A stretch of 64,000 nt of DNA from Podarcis gaigeae. Taxonomy: Eukaryota. The position numbers were made by a program, and so were the translations under genes. Numbering within the stretch: the first letter of the stretch is position 1; the number at the start of each line of letters is the position of its first letter. Of this stretch, positions 60,578 through 64,000 are shown one piece after another. The notes under the pieces were generated by a model, which was not told the DNA's origin, did not search any database, and saw only the letters and a list, made by a program, of their open reading frames with translations. The stretch is from NCBI GenBank assembly GCA_964106915.2, contig OZ066917.1; one strand, written 5' to 3'.

Positions 60578-62404
60578 TATACTGCTGTTTTGGCTTTGTT
60601 GGGCAGTTTGCTATGCTACGGAGTTGTGCCAGTCACTTAAAAACTCAGCTATGTTTGAAGTTCACTGAAAAGCAGGATAGGAGTTTGATCTGCAAGTTTA
60701 CCTATGAAGCTGTTATTGATATAGATGAATATTCTGATCATGGGAAGGACTGAGGCGGTGAGTTGTACTCCAGTGTGTATGTTGGGGCAAATCTCTGCTG
60801 CATTGTACATTCTTGCACTTTTTCAGTTTTGTCTCTTGCATAACCTGTAAAAGTACTTTTAAGATTGCATGTCCTACAACTAGCAAACATATTTGTATAC
60901 TTTATATATATATGCTGGTGCAATTATGCTTCATTAAGAGCACTGTAAACTAAGAAAAACTAAGGAATGTGCTGTGTATATGAAAGCCAAGAGTGGTTAT
61001 TTTATTTTCAACTTCCATGAAACCTAACTTTTGTATATGCAGTTTTGAGAGGTAAGGAATTAAAGCCAAGCTGCCAAGATTAATAATTTTAAGAAGAAAA
61101 ACTTGACCCATTAGAGTTAGATGCAAAAGAGCACCATAGGGTTACAATTGAGTTGTTTATCAAACCATAACGGATGAAATCTATATCCATAGCAGTGATA
61201 TTGAGCTATTGTCGGTAAACTCTAATCAAGCCAATTACTATTTATTATAGAGGCTTGAAGTTTGTATTTGTAAAGAAATTAATTTCTGAATCAATTAGGA
61301 GCTAAGCTGTTACATGTTCTCTGTAAAAACAGACCAACAGAACCAATGCCTTATATGAAGAAGAGTATGTCCTCCCATAATGGGGATATTGAGTCTTTGT
61401 TTTCTGCAGATTGTAAGTGGTGATTGTCTCTTGTATAGCTACCAGTAACAGTTTACTGAAGCAGAAAGCAAAATTGTTTAGTGTCTGTAAATTATGTATA
61501 CCTTGATTAGTCATATATTCAAGAAAACTATTCACAAGGACTATAGAACTCAGTATGCTTGTTAAAAAACAAAATGTAACCATGTGAAACATGAGGGCAA
61601 GGGACGTGTAATGGGAGCAGACTTGGCTACAGGTTCTAGTTCTCCCCCTCCCCTACCTTAAAAATACAGTCAAGCCAGCGATTGAATGGGTATAAACCCA
61701 ACCATGTGGATCCAGTATGGCAACGTCTGTGTCAGTGGCAACGTGGCTTCATCTCAAAAGTTGTTTAAGATATTAATTAAAGTGTCAGTGGTGATGTCTG
61801 CTTCTAAACATTCTAAATTGTTTACTGTTCACATAACTAGTTCAGGCTTTCACCTATCTTAAAAGAATCATGACATTCCAGTTAAAATTCTGATACTTGG
61901 CAACAGTAGTTAACTTACAGGGGTCCAAGCTTTCATCTGTCTCACTTTGTTTTCATTAAACAAAGGATAGCCAGTTAAAGTATACTGCTGTGTTATGTTG
62001 CTAGTTGGTGTGAGAAAAGATGTGAAGTTGTTTGTTGTTCAATCGTGATGTATTTGAAACATTGCTTCCTCCAGTGACGGCAAGAAGCCCTGCTATAGCA
62101 GAAATTTAAATTCTCAGGATGATATCAATCTATAGTATAGGTATTTTAGTCTTTACCTTAAATCTAAACACAAATTTTAATAGTAGAAACAAACCAGAGC
62201 TTGTTTAAAACTGGAAAAGTATCCCTGTACTATTATATTACATGGTACATGATACCATGATACATGATACTATATAAAGAAGGTATCTACAGCAAGGGAC
62301 TTACAAACAAGAAAGAGAGAAAAGAGCTACTGGGATGTAATTTCTCTGTTCAAAGGACAGGAGAGGCTATTCTTTCACAAAGTGGTTACATTGTAGGTAA
62401 TGAA

Positions 62405-63080
62405 CTGGAAGGGGTAAAACCTCTGGAAGGTGCACATTATGCTCTTTCTGGAGTAATTTGTCCACCTTTGGTCCCCACCCTGCACTCAGCTCTCACCAGT
62501 GGCTACCAGAAGCTGTCAGCCTGAAACAGTGACCATACCCTGGGAAATGGCTTCAACTGGCCAGCTAAACCAGGTGAGAGTTGGTGATGGGTCTCAAACC
62601 CTCAGTAAGGTAGGGGCTTCCCCTGCATGTGAATACAGGCTCTGGCAGATTTAGTGGACAAGACCAATAGTCAAGGTGGTGGTTTCTGCATGTGCTGTAG
62701 ACAGATGTGAGGGGCGGATGGCGCTTGTCAACCTGGGAAGGTAGACCATCTAGAAGGAAAACTGATTTTAAACTTCTGCTGCCCTGTAGGATATCTGTAG
62801 GAAAAGAAAAGGCTAAGGAGTAAACCCTCAAGAGTGGAGTCCCTAAGATGGTTGGATGGCACCCTGAATGCCTCCTTCCAGCAACTCCTGCAGCCAAGCT
62901 CTGCTTTCCTTTGAACCACATCAGCAAGAGGTCTTGTAATGTCTAGGCAGCTCAGAACCTCCATACGCACTGCCCAGACTTGAGCCCCAAGGCGGTCACT
63001 TCAATGCTGCTAAAGCAGCGATTTGACTTCACCCCTGGAGGTGCATTCCATTGTCTCTCGAGAGAAATGGAAGGATAAAC
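62405..63080 (+). mobile_element. Non-autonomous RTE-clade element (5'UTR joined to short 3' tail)
   Basis: Motifs gtccacctttggtccccaccc.gcactcagctctcacc, gggaagg..ccatctag..ggaaaac and ggagtccctaag resemble remembered AviRTE/marsupial RTE leaders; no ORF. Confidence 0.65.
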
Positions 63081-63360
63081 AGGCTAGAATATGCAACTGG
63101 CTTGGTTACAGAAAAGCAACATTCTTGTATGTAGGTACCCTTCAGATTTTTGGACTATAGCTCCCAAAATCTCTTAAGCATTGGCCATGATGAGAGCTGC
63201 AGTCCAGAACATCTGAAGGGTTGGGGAAGGTTGCAGTATAGTATTGGAGGCTAAGGTATTGTCAAAATATTAACTCCTCAGAGCAAAGAGGAACCATCCA
63301 TTAGCCTGGTGCTGCAGCAGATGACATCACTATTGCTGTAATAGTCCCGAAGCTGTATTC

Positions 63361-63732
63361 CACGGGTGTCAAACACAAGGCCCGCGGGCCGAATCCGGCC
63401 CACCAGACCTCATCATGTGGCCCATGTAGCCGCCGCCAGCCGCCAGCCTTCACCTTTTATTCTCGCTTTTTTTTTTTTGACACAAGAAAGCCGCCTCTTC
63501 AGCGCATGCGCGGCAGCTACAAGCCAGAGAACGTCTGCCCTCTAGCGGCACCGGCCGTTCTACACAGGAAACCTCCACTTTACATGCATTCAGGAAACCT
63601 CCACTTGTTTTTATATTGAGCGCATGCCATCCTGTGATGTGACAGATCCAACGGCTGCCTGAACAACCGGCCCTTTGAGGGTGACCAAACTGCTGATGTG
63701 GCCCCCCGATGAATTTGAGTTTGACACCCCTG
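63361..63732. mobile_element. hAT (Charlie-like) MITE, 372 bp
   Basis: TIR cacgggtgtcaaac/gtttgacacccctg; perfect 8-bp TSD ctgtattc; CpG-rich, so probably young. Confidence 0.92.
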
Positions 63733-64000
63733 CTGTATTCCCTTCTTAACTATACCACTTACAATGGCAAGAGGTAGCACTAGCAATTGGTGTCATGCCT
63801 GACAGATATCTTCCACTGGACAAACCCAGGTTCATCATAGGCTTTGACAACTACTGAAGTTAATAGGGAGTTTCGACTAGAGTGGAAATCTTGCAGCCAG
63901 TAGTCTTCCTCTGCTGGGTTAAAAACCTCATCCCAGACACCCATACTGGTACCCAGTGGTAGTGTTGGGGTATTAGAAGCTAGGATCTGTTGCCCATACT

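Overview
Vertebrate genomic DNA, most likely a lacertid lizard, inferred from the Sauria SINE, squamate-type L2/CR1 3' ends and typical MITEs. The window holds four complete, intact multi-exon genes in the syntenic block known from human 3q12.3. NXPE3 is on the minus strand (5 coding exons, 14753->6920, 575 aa). CEP97 is on the minus strand (11 exons, 38255->25288, 873 aa). RPL24 is on the plus strand (6 exons, 38577->43129, 157 aa). ZBTB11 is on the plus strand (11 exons, 45492->60154, 1055 aa). All coding exon boundaries were read by hand as GT-AG with consistent phases. There are three CpG-island promoters, including a compact head-to-head CEP97/RPL24 promoter with clustered ZNF143-like sites. 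Introns and intergenic DNA carry many transposon relics: Tc1/mariner and hAT MITEs with intact TSDs, an internally deleted hAT, a solo LTR nested in an L2, a Sauria SINE nested in a CR1, a tRNA-Lys/CR1 SINE and an RTE-derived non-autonomous element. The most notable observations are a predicted chain of AUGA-coupled uORFs in the NXPE3 leader, an FQ->CH change in highly conserved RPL24, a 17-aa NXPE3 C-terminal extension, and a young MITE built from alternating GC-rich palindromes. No prokaryote-type systems such as CRISPR are present. Comparisons with human are from memory, not from a search.
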